From positions 23,990-87,989 of the forward strand of contig JAJTHB010000018.1 of NCBI GenBank assembly GCA_021299465.1: a DNA stretch of 64,000 nt, written 5' to 3'. The notes below the pieces were generated by a model that was given only the letters and a program-made list of their open reading frames with translations, ran no database searches and had not been told where the DNA came from. Position numbers and translations under genes: made by a program. Position 1 is the stretch's first letter; each line of letters starts with the position of its first letter. Positions 40,659 to 49,916 of the stretch are shown here, piece after piece. Source of the stretch: Rickettsiales bacterium. GTDB lineage: Bacteria; Pseudomonadota; Alphaproteobacteria; Rickettsiales; SXRF01.

Positions 40659-41792
40659 ATGATACAAAAAAGCATCCAACCATTCAAACTGGCGCTGGCG
40701 CTGTTCATGGCTGTTGCCAGCATGCCTTTGCCGGCGCAGGCAGATGCCCGCATCAAGGATATCGCCACCTTTGAAGGTATTCGCGAGAACATGTTGATGG
40801 GTTACGGGTTGGTGGTTGGTCTTAAAGCCACCGGCGATAACCTAAAAAATAACGCTTTTACCGAACAGAGCCTGATCGCGTTCCTGGAGCGCCAAGGAGT
40901 GAATACACGCGGCACTGAACTTAAAAGTAAAAACGTCGCGGCCGTAACTGTGACCGCTAAGCTTCCGCCATTCGCACGCAGCGGCGGCAAAATTGATGTG
41001 ACGGTGAGTGCCATGGGTGATGCCAAAGACCTAACGGGTGGCATGCTGCTCGCCACACCACTCTATGGTGCTGATGGCGAAGTCTATGCTGTCGCGCAAG
41101 GTTCGGTTTCGATTGGCGGGTTTCAGGCTGGCAGCGGTTCGACCACTATCACTAAGGGTGTTCCTACTTCCGGCGTGATAGCGAGCGGCGCGATTGTCGA
41201 AAAAGAAATCGAATTTGCACTTAACTCCATGCCAGAACTTAAAATTGCGCTGCGCAATCCTGACATCAGTACGGCGAAAAATGTTGCTGAATCGATCAAT
41301 AACAATATCGGGCCTGGTATCGCGATGGTCAGTGATCCCGGCACTATCGTCATCACCGTTCCGGCTTCCTATCTCGGTAATAACACGCAGCTGCTCGCTG
41401 AAGTCGAGAAGCTGACGGTGCCGACCGATCAGGTGGCGCGCATTGTGATCGATGAAGCATCGGGCACCATTGTCATGGGCGAGAATGTCAGAATCGATAC
41501 GGTGGCGGTGGCGCAGGGCAACCTGATTGTCAAAGTTGAAACCACCACGCAAGTCTCTCAGCCAGGTGCTTTTGCGCCTGAGGGTGCGGAGACAGTCACG
41601 ACCGAGCAAACGGCCGTTAGTGTTGAAGAAAGTGGCCCGGGTAAAAAAATGGCTGTCCTCTCGCAGACGGCAACACTCAAAGATCTGGTGGCGGGTCTCA
41701 ATGCCCTCGGCGTTACCCCGCGTGATCTGATCACCATCCTGCAAACCATCAAAGCCGCTGGTGCGCTTCAAGCCGAGATTCATACGAGGTAG
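40659..41792 (+). CDS. flgI: flagellar P-ring protein FlgI
   Basis: Signal peptide, then RIKDIATFEGIRENMLMGYGLVVGL and a C-terminal LVAGLNALGVTPRDLITILQTIKAAGALQAEI. Confidence 0.9.
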   Translation: MIQKSIQPFKLALALFMAVASMPLPAQADARIKDIATFEGIRENMLMGYGLVVGLKATGDNLKNNAFTEQSLIAFLERQGVNTRGTELKSKNVAAVTVTAKLPPFARSGGKIDVTVSAMGDAKDLTGGMLLATPLYGADGEVYAVAQGSVSIGGFQAGSGSTTITKGVPTSGVIASGAIVEKEIEFALNSMPELKIALRNPDISTAKNVAESINNNIGPGIAMVSDPGTIVITVPASYLGNNTQLLAEVEKLTVPTDQVARIVIDEASGTIVMGENVRIDTVAVAQGNLIVKVETTTQVSQPGAFAPEGAETVTTEQTAVSVEESGPGKKMAVLSQTATLKDLVAGLNALGVTPRDLITILQTIKAAGALQAEIHTR

Positions 41793-42137
41793 ATGATGTT
41801 CACGCCCAATCTCACCACCTATTTAGCCCAAACGCAAAGCAAGTCGGGGCAAGCGGCTGCTGAATTTTCGCCGCTGACGATGAATGCGCGCGTTAAAACG
41901 ATGAGTCATGGCCAAATCGAGCAGACGGCTAAAGATTTCGAATCCATGTTCATTACGCAGATGCTGGAGCCGATGTTTGGTGAATCGCTGGGCACAGACC
42001 TGTTTGGCGACGAACAATCAAGCGATATCTACAAAGGGATGATGATGGAGCAGTTTGGCAAGGAAATCACGCGCTCGGGTGGCATAGGAATTGCAGATTA
42101 TGTGAAGAGAGAACTACTTAGATTGCAGGAGGTGTAG
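41793..42137 (+). CDS. flgJ: flagellar rod-binding protein (FlgJ N-terminal domain only)
   Basis: AKDFESMFITQMLEPMF is the rod-binding motif. There is no muramidase domain. Confidence 0.7.
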   Translation: MMFTPNLTTYLAQTQSKSGQAAAEFSPLTMNARVKTMSHGQIEQTAKDFESMFITQMLEPMFGESLGTDLFGDEQSSDIYKGMMMEQFGKEITRSGGIGIADYVKRELLRLQEV

Positions 42138-42138
42138 C

Positions 42139-42603
42139 ATGAGTACCAAGACCGAAATGGTCGTTGAAAACACGGCGCCGACCAATATTGATGTGCGCGC
42201 TGTAATCACCGTTACAGCAAGATTAGCACAGCTTCTGGCAGAAGAAGTCGATCTGCTGACTGATATGAAAGTCTCGAAAATCGAGCATTTGCAGCATGAG
42301 AAGATTTTTCTCACCAATGCGCTGGAAGCCCAGAAAAGGCTGATTGAAAAGCACCCCTACATGCTGGATAGCATACCGTCTCAGGATAAACATGATCTTG
42401 AGCAGGTGGTTGAGGTATTTAGCGGCATTCTCGAGGAAAATCATCGCAAGCTGCTACTGGCGAAGGAAGTAAATCACAAAATTGTAGAGGCCATTACCAG
42501 CGTCGTAAAAGAGAATACCCAGAGTAAGGTTTATGACGATCGCGGGGTCAAAACGCAGGCGCAGTATGAATCGCTTTCGGTAACGCTTAATCAAACGATC
42601 TAG
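42139..42603 (+). CDS. flgN: FlgN-like export chaperone (putative)
   Basis: A helical 154-aa protein directly upstream of flgK-flgL. The LAQLLAEEVDLLTDMKVSKIEHLQHEK pattern resembles FlgN. Confidence 0.45.
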   Translation: MSTKTEMVVENTAPTNIDVRAVITVTARLAQLLAEEVDLLTDMKVSKIEHLQHEKIFLTNALEAQKRLIEKHPYMLDSIPSQDKHDLEQVVEVFSGILEENHRKLLLAKEVNHKIVEAITSVVKENTQSKVYDDRGVKTQAQYESLSVTLNQTI

Positions 42604-42618
42604 CCAGGCAGGCTCTGT

Positions 42619-45336
42619 ATGACCCTTTCACTTGCGCTGAACAACGCCTTAAGTGGCCTTAATATCAATCAGCAATCGCTGTCGGTACTCTCACAGAATA
42701 TCGCCAACGCCAATACCAAAGGCTATTCGCGCAAGATTATCAATCAATCCGCCATCTATCTGGATGGTCGTGGTTCAGGCGTTAGTATTGAATCGGTATC
42801 GCGCAAGGTCGATCAGTATCTATTGCGCTCGGTGCGGCTGCAGGGCTCGGTGGTAGGGCGTAACGAGACGCTGGTAGACTATGCTGACCGCACCCAGCTT
42901 CTCTTAGGCAAACCAGGGAGCCAGAACAGCCTGCCTAGTTTTATAGGCAATTTTTTTAACTCGATGCAAACACTGGCGCAAACGCCAGAAAACAGCACGC
43001 TTCGCGTAGGGGCGGTCAATAGTGCGTCCTCGCTCGCCCGTGAACTCAGAACTTTATCCCAGTCACTGCAGGAAATGCGCCTGCAATCCGAAAGCGATAT
43101 TTCTCAGTCGATCAGCGTTATCAATGCCACGCTGCGTGATATACAGGGTCTCAATACGACCATCGTCAATGATGGTGCGCTGGGTAAAGGTGTGGGTGAG
43201 TTGCTTGATCGCAGGGATCTGGCGCTTGCAACATTATCGCAATATCTTGATATCGATACGTTCGAGCTTTCCAATGGCCGTGTCAATATTTTTACCGGTA
43301 GCGGTGTGAGCCTTCTTGACGAGAATGTCTATCAGCTCAGCTACCAGCCACAATCATCAACACAGTCGTTCATTAATGATGCTGTTAAGGCACCGATCAA
43401 CGTCTTTCGCTTAAACGATAGTGGTCAGCTGGTGGGTAATCCGGTGCAGCTGGTGTCTGGTGGCACCAGTGCTCAGGTATCGAGCGGTTTGGTCAGCGGC
43501 AAGCTGCGTGCCTTAATTGATCTGCGCGATAAGCAGGTGCCTAATCTGCTTTCACAGCTCGATCAGGTTGCATCCAGACTGCGCGATGAGTTTAATCGCG
43601 TTCACAATAATGGTATTGGTTTCCCGGGCGCTAATAATTACACTGGCACACGCTCTGTCAATGCAAGTAGTGCAAGCCAGTGGGCTGGTAAAATGCGCCT
43701 TGCTTTACTCGATAACGCTGGTCGTCCGGTATCGTCGCCTTATCCAGGAGAGAATTCTGGTATTAGGCCGCTGCAGCTTGATTTTAGCAAGCTCGATACA
43801 GGTAGTGGCCCTGGCTTCCCAACCGTGCAGGGGATTATTGATGAGATCAACCAGCACTATGGACCACCGCAGAACAAAGCGGTTATCGGCAATCTCAACA
43901 ATATTCGTCTTGCTTCAAACAATGCCTCGATGCCAGGTAATCCACCGCAGTTAAACTTTGATTTTGACGTAGAAAACATCTCTGGCGGTGCGGCTAATTT
44001 CTTTGTCACCGGTGTGCAGGTGCTGGACAACAACGGTGTTGATATTACGAACACTACCCAAACCATCCCCCAGGTGAATTTAGCGGGAACCAATACCTAC
44101 AGCACCACCGATGGTAGCTCATTGGTTACAGTCAGAACCTCTGCCAACCACGGCTTTCAGGAAGGCCAGACGATCTATCTTTCGTCGCCGCCCGGCAGCA
44201 TCAATGGCATTGATGGGGCTCAGCTTGGCGGGTTTTTCACCATCACCAATGTCACGGGTGATAGTTTCCAGATTCAGGCATCCTCCCCGGCTACTGCCAC
44301 AGGGCCTGTGGACGTTGCAGGTCAGAATGCCAAACCACCCTACAAGGAGGTAGCGGCTGGTGAATATGGACGCACCACCGACCGTGGCACGATCACGGCT
44401 AATCTTTCAGCAAATCCGACAGCCCTGTATTATACGGTTAGGGTAAATGTCGCGGTCAAGGATGCGGACGGTAACCTGACTACGTCACAGATCAGTTATC
44501 AGGTTGATAACAACCAGCCTGCAACCCGTAATCGCCGTTATTCTACTAACGCGGTAAGTGGTGGTGGACAGCTGGTTCCTCCAAGCAGCAATCAGGGATT
44601 GGCACGCGCGATTCTGGTTGATAGCAACGGCGTTGAGCTACCCAGAATTAACGGTCAATACACCAATCAGCAGAATGGCTTTTTGAAGCTGGTTGCAGAG
44701 AACCCCAATCACAGCCTTGGTATTGACAGCCTTGATAGTGTCGAGCTGGGGAATTCAACCAGTATTCCCGCAGTCGCTGGCGCAGGGCGTGGTTTTTCTT
44801 ACTTTTTTGAGCTTAACAACTTCTTCAAGCGCTTTGATAATAATGGCGACAGTGTGACTAACAGTGCGCTCAACCTGGATATTGAACAGCGCCTGATAAG
44901 CAATCCTAATTTGCTCTCGCTTGGCACGCTTCGCCAGAGCGCCAGGCCAGCAGATCCGAATTTGCCGCCACTTTACACTTATGAGCGCAATGTTGGCGAT
45001 AACAATATCATTCAACAACTCGCCGGTATATCAAGCTCGGTTATTAATTTTAGCGCAGCGGGCGGTTTGAGCCAGTCTTCGACCACGTTTGGTAATTATG
45101 CCGGATCGATTATCGGAGCGGCGGCGACCAACACGTCATCTTCGGATTCAGAATTGCAAAATGCCAAGTCGTTGCTGGCTGGTTTCTCGGATCGCTCAGA
45201 TTCCATCAGCGGCGTAAACCTTGATGAGGAGCTTGCCAATACGGTGATTTACCAGAATGCCTACACCGCCTCAACGCGCGTGATCACAGTGGTAAGTGAG
45301 TTGTTTGACACGTTACTCAATAGTTTTGGAAGATAG
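42619..45336 (+). CDS. flgK: flagellar hook-associated protein 1 FlgK (905 aa, enlarged)
   Basis: N-terminus SLALNNALSGLNINQQSLSVLSQNIANANTKGYSR. C-terminus NLDEELANTVIYQNAYTASTRVITVVSELFDTLLN. Confidence 0.85.
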   Translation: MTLSLALNNALSGLNINQQSLSVLSQNIANANTKGYSRKIINQSAIYLDGRGSGVSIESVSRKVDQYLLRSVRLQGSVVGRNETLVDYADRTQLLLGKPGSQNSLPSFIGNFFNSMQTLAQTPENSTLRVGAVNSASSLARELRTLSQSLQEMRLQSESDISQSISVINATLRDIQGLNTTIVNDGALGKGVGELLDRRDLALATLSQYLDIDTFELSNGRVNIFTGSGVSLLDENVYQLSYQPQSSTQSFINDAVKAPINVFRLNDSGQLVGNPVQLVSGGTSAQVSSGLVSGKLRALIDLRDKQVPNLLSQLDQVASRLRDEFNRVHNNGIGFPGANNYTGTRSVNASSASQWAGKMRLALLDNAGRPVSSPYPGENSGIRPLQLDFSKLDTGSGPGFPTVQGIIDEINQHYGPPQNKAVIGNLNNIRLASNNASMPGNPPQLNFDFDVENISGGAANFFVTGVQVLDNNGVDITNTTQTIPQVNLAGTNTYSTTDGSSLVTVRTSANHGFQEGQTIYLSSPPGSINGIDGAQLGGFFTITNVTGDSFQIQASSPATATGPVDVAGQNAKPPYKEVAAGEYGRTTDRGTITANLSANPTALYYTVRVNVAVKDADGNLTTSQISYQVDNNQPATRNRRYSTNAVSGGGQLVPPSSNQGLARAILVDSNGVELPRINGQYTNQQNGFLKLVAENPNHSLGIDSLDSVELGNSTSIPAVAGAGRGFSYFFELNNFFKRFDNNGDSVTNSALNLDIEQRLISNPNLLSLGTLRQSARPADPNLPPLYTYERNVGDNNIIQQLAGISSSVINFSAAGGLSQSSTTFGNYAGSIIGAAATNTSSSDSELQNAKSLLAGFSDRSDSISGVNLDEELANTVIYQNAYTASTRVITVVSELFDTLLNSFGR

Positions 45337-45346
45337 GACATAGCCT

Positions 45347-46258
45347 ATGACAGTTGGTCGCGTTAGTACGTTTTCTCTTCAACAGAGCACGCTTCGGGAT
45401 TCTGCACTGACTCAGGAACGGCTCTCGCAATTACAAATACAGCTCTCAAGCGGCCTTAAGTCCCAAAACTTTAAAGGCATCGCAAGCCAGAGTGAACAAT
45501 ATCTACAGCTCGAGGCAAGAATCTCCCGCACCAAACTTTACAACGAGAATAACCGTATCGCGATGACGAGGCTTGATACAACCGATAATGTTCTTGGCCA
45601 AACCATCGAAACAGTCACCAATCTGAAAAGCCTTATCATGCAGCGGCGTAATGGCGCCGTGTCAGGAAACCTGGCGTTTCCAGAGCAGCTTGATGGTTTG
45701 TGGCGCCGGATCACGACCGAGCTTAACACCTCGCTTGAAGGCCGTTATTTATTCAGCGGCACTCGTACCGATGTGCCGCCTGTCAGCGCGACGGTATTTC
45801 CAAGCCTTCGCGTTGATGGTGTCGCTGATGATGGCTATTACGCCGGTAGTAGCGATAACATAACACTTCGCGCCGATGATAATCTCGACATCACTTACAA
45901 TGTGCGTGCCAACGAACCAGGATTTCAGAAAGTATTTGCTGCACTGGCTATGGCCAGAAAGGGTGATCAGACCAATAGTCAGGATGACCTCATTAAGGCC
46001 TTTAATTTTGCTGAGCAGGGGCTTAATGAAATTATCTCAGCGCGTGCAAAAGTGAATGCGAATAAGGTTACGCTCGATCAAATTGTTGACCGCCAGACAT
46101 CACTCAATCTTTACTGGACAGGGGTGAAAGAAGAAATCGTCAATGCTGATCTGGTTAGCGTTTCAACGCAAGTCGCCCTCAATCAGGGCATATTGCAAGC
46201 ATCATTTCAATCGTTTGCACGAATTAATTCCTTGAGGCTTGTAGACTTTTTACGCTAA
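45347..46258 (+). CDS. flgL: flagellar hook-associated protein 3 FlgL
   Basis: Flagellin-like N-terminal and C-terminal helices (QILQASFQSFARINSLRLVDFL), positioned after flgK. Confidence 0.8.
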   Translation: MTVGRVSTFSLQQSTLRDSALTQERLSQLQIQLSSGLKSQNFKGIASQSEQYLQLEARISRTKLYNENNRIAMTRLDTTDNVLGQTIETVTNLKSLIMQRRNGAVSGNLAFPEQLDGLWRRITTELNTSLEGRYLFSGTRTDVPPVSATVFPSLRVDGVADDGYYAGSSDNITLRADDNLDITYNVRANEPGFQKVFAALAMARKGDQTNSQDDLIKAFNFAEQGLNEIISARAKVNANKVTLDQIVDRQTSLNLYWTGVKEEIVNADLVSVSTQVALNQGILQASFQSFARINSLRLVDFLR

Positions 46259-46305
46259 ATTAAACAACGTTTGATAAACTATTTTTTATAGTTAGGAACT
46301 TCGGT

Positions 46306-46782
46306 ATGCTTACTCAATCAATCGTTAGTGGCTCGCAGGCTGCCGGTGTTATTCCGGGGGTAATCAAGTCACGTTTTGGTGATGTCGCGGTCGACGCGGC
46401 CAGGGTGCTTACCTTTCCCCGCGGCCTGCTTGGTATGCCGGACAGATTTCAGTTCGTGCTTGCCAACTTTCCCAATGAGAAAATGGCTCAGTTCAAGCTG
46501 TTGCAATCACTTGATGATCAGGCGCTTTCATTCATCACGCTGCCGGTTGAACTCCAAAACCCGATTGTAGCTCAGGCGGATATCCAGATGGCCTGCCGCG
46601 ATCTGGGGATTGACGATAATGAGCTTGCCATGCTGCTGATTGTTTCTGTGCATCGTACTCCTGATCAGGTAAAGCTTTCGGTGAATGCGCGTGCTCCATT
46701 GATGATTGATGCTGGACGCCGGCTTGGCGTGCAGCATGTTTTCCAGAGTGACGATTATAAAGTTCAGCACATGCTGGGTTAA
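46306..46782 (+). CDS. fliW: flagellar assembly factor FliW
   Basis: LTFPRGLLGMPDRFQFVL...FKLLQSLDDQALSFITLP...NARAPLMIDAGRRLGVQHV follows the FliW pattern. Confidence 0.8.
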   Translation: MLTQSIVSGSQAAGVIPGVIKSRFGDVAVDAARVLTFPRGLLGMPDRFQFVLANFPNEKMAQFKLLQSLDDQALSFITLPVELQNPIVAQADIQMACRDLGIDDNELAMLLIVSVHRTPDQVKLSVNARAPLMIDAGRRLGVQHVFQSDDYKVQHMLG

Positions 46783-46787
46783 ACCCC

Positions 46788-48410
46788 ATGCTGCCCAACC
46801 AGAACCTGATCGCAACCTACCAAAAGGCTGATGCTATGCTTGCCAGCGGCGAGCTGCAGCAGGCTGCTGATATCTGCAAGCAAATGCTTGAGACCAATCC
46901 TAATTTTGCCTATGGGTATCATCTGATGGCGTCGTTGTTTCGCACCACAGGTAATATCGAAAAAGCGCTAAACTTTGCTGATCTCGCCATCAAGCTTGAT
47001 CCTAATGTGCCGAGTTTTTACCTTCAGCGTGGTGAACTGCTGAGTCAACTTTCTTGTTTTGATGCAGCCGAAGAAGCATTTCGTAAAGCGCACCAGCTTA
47101 AACCCGATCTTACCCAGGCTCTTTTGCTTTCAGCCGACGCATGCGTCAAGCAGGGCCGCTATGAAAGTGCCGTAGAGTTGTTCGCTGAGGCCAGAGCCTC
47201 GTGCCACGACCATGATCGAGCGGACATTGATCTGCACGAGGGGATGTTTCAGTTAGCACTCGGGCGCATGGATCAGGCCGAAGTGCTTTTTGATCGTGTG
47301 ATTGCTGCCAGACCAAACCAGCCGATTGGCTATTTGCACAAAGGCATTATTCTGCTTCATCAGGATCGCGATCATGAAGCAGAAATATGTTTTGCGCGCG
47401 CCCTGAATTGCAACCCACACCTGTATGAGGCGCTGCATGGTATGTCAGTGGTTAATGAGCGCCAGGGGCAAATTGATTCTGCGATTGCATTTGCGATTCA
47501 AGCGGTAAATGCCAACGGTTCAATCTTTGACAGCCTTCTTTTGCTTGGCCGGTTACTTCTGAGAAAGCAAAACTGGTCTGCCGCGGAGCAAATTTTTCGT
47601 CAGGCTTTATCGGTGGTTCCCGATCATGTGCTTGCCATTGCTGGTTTTGCAGAGGCATGTCTGGCACAACATAAACAACAGGATTTACGAGCGTATCTGA
47701 CACCGCTTCTATCCGCAAAACCCCAGCATACGATACTTGGTTTTTATCATGCGGCATTTTCAGGCCAGCGTGTGACATCTGCTCCTGCTGATTACGTGAC
47801 GATGCTGAATGACGAATTGGCGTGTCGTTACGAATTTTTCCTGCAGCCGCTAGAGATGTTTAAGCCACAGCATCTTGCTGATTTGCTTCGCCGCCTTCCT
47901 GTACTTCGAGATAAAACGGGACTTAGCTTGCTCGATCTAGGTTGTGGCTCTGGCCGGCTTGCGTCAGCGATGGCGGATGTGACGGATTTGCGTATTGGCG
48001 TCGATGTCTCTCAGCGTATGCTTGATATTGCCCAAATGCGTCAAAGCTACCACGACAGTTATACGCTTGATATCACCGAGTTCGCCCTGGGCAGTGACCG
48101 TATGTTTGATATCGTGGTGGCGCTCGACGTGTTGCCTTCAATCGGCAATCTTGAGGCATTTTTTCGCGCTGCACGCAATGTGCTCGCGTCTGGAAGTCTG
48201 CTGGCATTCTCCATCGAGCGTGATGGTTCGACGCAAGATTGGATTCTAAAACCCAACGCGCACTTTGCGCATAATCCGAATTATATTCATTCCCTGCTCG
48301 CCGATCATGGCTATGAGGTCGTGCATGAAGAAGACGCCCTGCTTCGTTTCGAGTGTGGCCAGCCCGTCGTTGGGCTCATCTATGTCGTACGTAAGATGAT
48401 GGTGCATTAA
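46788..48410 (+). CDS. TPR-repeat protein fused to a class I SAM-dependent methyltransferase
   Basis: The N-terminal ~300 aa carries TPR-like repeats (AYGYHLMASLFRTTGNIEKALNFADLAIKLDPN and others). The C-terminus has motif I LLDLGCGSGRLA and FDIVVALDVL. Confidence 0.7.
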   Translation: MLPNQNLIATYQKADAMLASGELQQAADICKQMLETNPNFAYGYHLMASLFRTTGNIEKALNFADLAIKLDPNVPSFYLQRGELLSQLSCFDAAEEAFRKAHQLKPDLTQALLLSADACVKQGRYESAVELFAEARASCHDHDRADIDLHEGMFQLALGRMDQAEVLFDRVIAARPNQPIGYLHKGIILLHQDRDHEAEICFARALNCNPHLYEALHGMSVVNERQGQIDSAIAFAIQAVNANGSIFDSLLLLGRLLLRKQNWSAAEQIFRQALSVVPDHVLAIAGFAEACLAQHKQQDLRAYLTPLLSAKPQHTILGFYHAAFSGQRVTSAPADYVTMLNDELACRYEFFLQPLEMFKPQHLADLLRRLPVLRDKTGLSLLDLGCGSGRLASAMADVTDLRIGVDVSQRMLDIAQMRQSYHDSYTLDITEFALGSDRMFDIVVALDVLPSIGNLEAFFRAARNVLASGSLLAFSIERDGSTQDWILKPNAHFAHNPNYIHSLLADHGYEVVHEEDALLRFECGQPVVGLIYVVRKMMVH

Positions 48411-48533
48411 CTCTACTGCAGCTTCAAATCTGCTTGCGGTGGAGTCTTACAAGAAAACATCATGCAGTCGATTGTGCGCTTATTTTTACGACCTGTAGTG
48501 CCGCGCGCTTTTTTGCTGCAGCGAGTTGTATGA
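48410..48533. repeat. structured intergenic repeat, copy C (full length)
   Basis: Aligns with copy A end to end. The outer stem is CTGCAGC/GCTGCAG where copy A has TTTGGC/GCCAAA, which is a compensatory change. It starts at the methyltransferase stop. Confidence 0.85.
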
Positions 48534-48558
48534 AAGACTATATTCGCAGAAATAATGG

Positions 48559-49731
48559 ATGACGATGATGACGATATATCAACACCCTCTGCTCGCGCAG
48601 TTTAGTTGTCTTGGCGACCGGTGCGAAGATACGTGCTGTAAAGGCTGGTCGATGCAGCTGGATGATGCAACGTATGAAACATATCAAACCAAGGCACCCG
48701 AATTACTCGATGCTGTTGAGGCTGCCGAAGAGTCGCCGTGGATCATGCGGAAAGATAAACAGACAACCTACTGCGTGAAATTTGAAAATGGTTTATGCGG
48801 CATTCACAAGAAGTATGGTGATAGTTTTTTAGGTGATGCCTGTCATTTTTATCCGCGCGCGACACGCACGCTCGGTGATCAGACGCTGATGACGGCCACG
48901 CTTTCCTGTCCGGAGGTGGCAAGGCTCGCGCTGTTTGATACGAAACCATTTGCGTGGCACGAAGCGAAGGTTGATCGTTTGCCCCACGGCCTCAAGGATT
49001 ATTTGCCAGAAAAACTTAGCGGCGAGCAATCGAGGGTGGTGCATGAAGCGTTTTTGAAAGCCTGCGAAGACGAGGGGAGCGCCGAGCAAATTCTGGCGCG
49101 CATTGCAAGTGTTGCACGCTCGATGGCCATGCTGGATCAGGCGAGCTGGCCGCAAGCTATTCCATTTTATTTACGCATGGCCGATGGCAGGCTGCCGGTG
49201 CCGCAAACAAACATTAACGATCCATTCAATCTGCTGCATGCGTTGATGGGGCTTATCGTGGCCACCCAGAAACCTATGAGTGATCGGTTGCGACAAACCG
49301 TTTCGGATATGGAACGAATGCTCGCAGTCACGCTTGACTGGCAAACGACACAAATGCAAACCAGTGAACAAAGCGCTGCATCATATCAACAGGCGCGCAC
49401 CATGTGGGATTTGCACAGCCCGCATTACCAGCCACTTCTTAAGCGCTATCTACAGATGCAGCTTTCGGTGTCTCTCTTTCCGTTCTCAGGTTTGGGCGGA
49501 GCACCGGCGGAGCGCATGACGATCATCGGCGTACGGCTTGCAACGCTCAGGCTGGCATTGATGGCCGCCCATCAAGCTCATGGTGATCTGTTGCCGCAGG
49601 ATGCCATCGTGCGTGTGGTGCAAAGCCTGTCACGTTTTATGGATCATCTGGGTGATGCTGCTTACTCGCTTGCTATCTATAAAGAGACCGGCTGGGATCA
49701 GGAGGCAAGGCTTCGTGGCTTATTATTTTAA
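48559..49731 (+). CDS. fliB: FliB-like flagellin lysine-N-methylase (Cys-cluster protein)
   Basis: FSCLGDRCEDTCCKGWSMQLDDATYETY ... CVKFENGLCGIHKKYGDSFLGDACHFYPR matches my recollection of the FliB N-terminal Cys-rich signature. It lies directly upstream of fliC. Confidence 0.65.
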   Translation: MTMMTIYQHPLLAQFSCLGDRCEDTCCKGWSMQLDDATYETYQTKAPELLDAVEAAEESPWIMRKDKQTTYCVKFENGLCGIHKKYGDSFLGDACHFYPRATRTLGDQTLMTATLSCPEVARLALFDTKPFAWHEAKVDRLPHGLKDYLPEKLSGEQSRVVHEAFLKACEDEGSAEQILARIASVARSMAMLDQASWPQAIPFYLRMADGRLPVPQTNINDPFNLLHALMGLIVATQKPMSDRLRQTVSDMERMLAVTLDWQTTQMQTSEQSAASYQQARTMWDLHSPHYQPLLKRYLQMQLSVSLFPFSGLGGAPAERMTIIGVRLATLRLALMAAHQAHGDLLPQDAIVRVVQSLSRFMDHLGDAAYSLAIYKETGWDQEARLRGLLF

Positions 49732-49798
49732 TTATATATATTATTAATAAACAGTGGCTTATAAGATTCATCCACTTATTTTATATTTTTTCTGGCGC

Positions 49799-49815
49799 GT
49801 TAACCTGTCGTTAAG
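49799..49815 (-). promoter_or_regulatory. CtrA-type box TTAA-N7-TTAAC upstream of the flagellin gene
   Basis: The plus strand reads GTTAACCTGTCGTTAAG. The minus strand reads cTTAA-CGACAGG-TTAAC, an exact match to the CtrA full-site consensus. Confidence 0.45.
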
Positions 49816-49916
49816 GGTTACACAGTAATAATGCTTGGTAATGTGGTCATAGAAGACTGCATAAGTTCGGAGAGCATGTAGCACTCCATGTATAACATCC
49901 ATGTAGGAGACGACAA

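Noticed and set aside
41031-41783. 250-aa ORF on the minus strand
   Set aside because: It is antisense to flgI. It is a shadow ORF with Arg-rich composition.
49793-49808. TGGCGC-GTTAA-CCTG as a sigma54 promoter for fliC
   Set aside because: There is no GC dinucleotide at the -12 position, so only the -24 half resembles the consensus.
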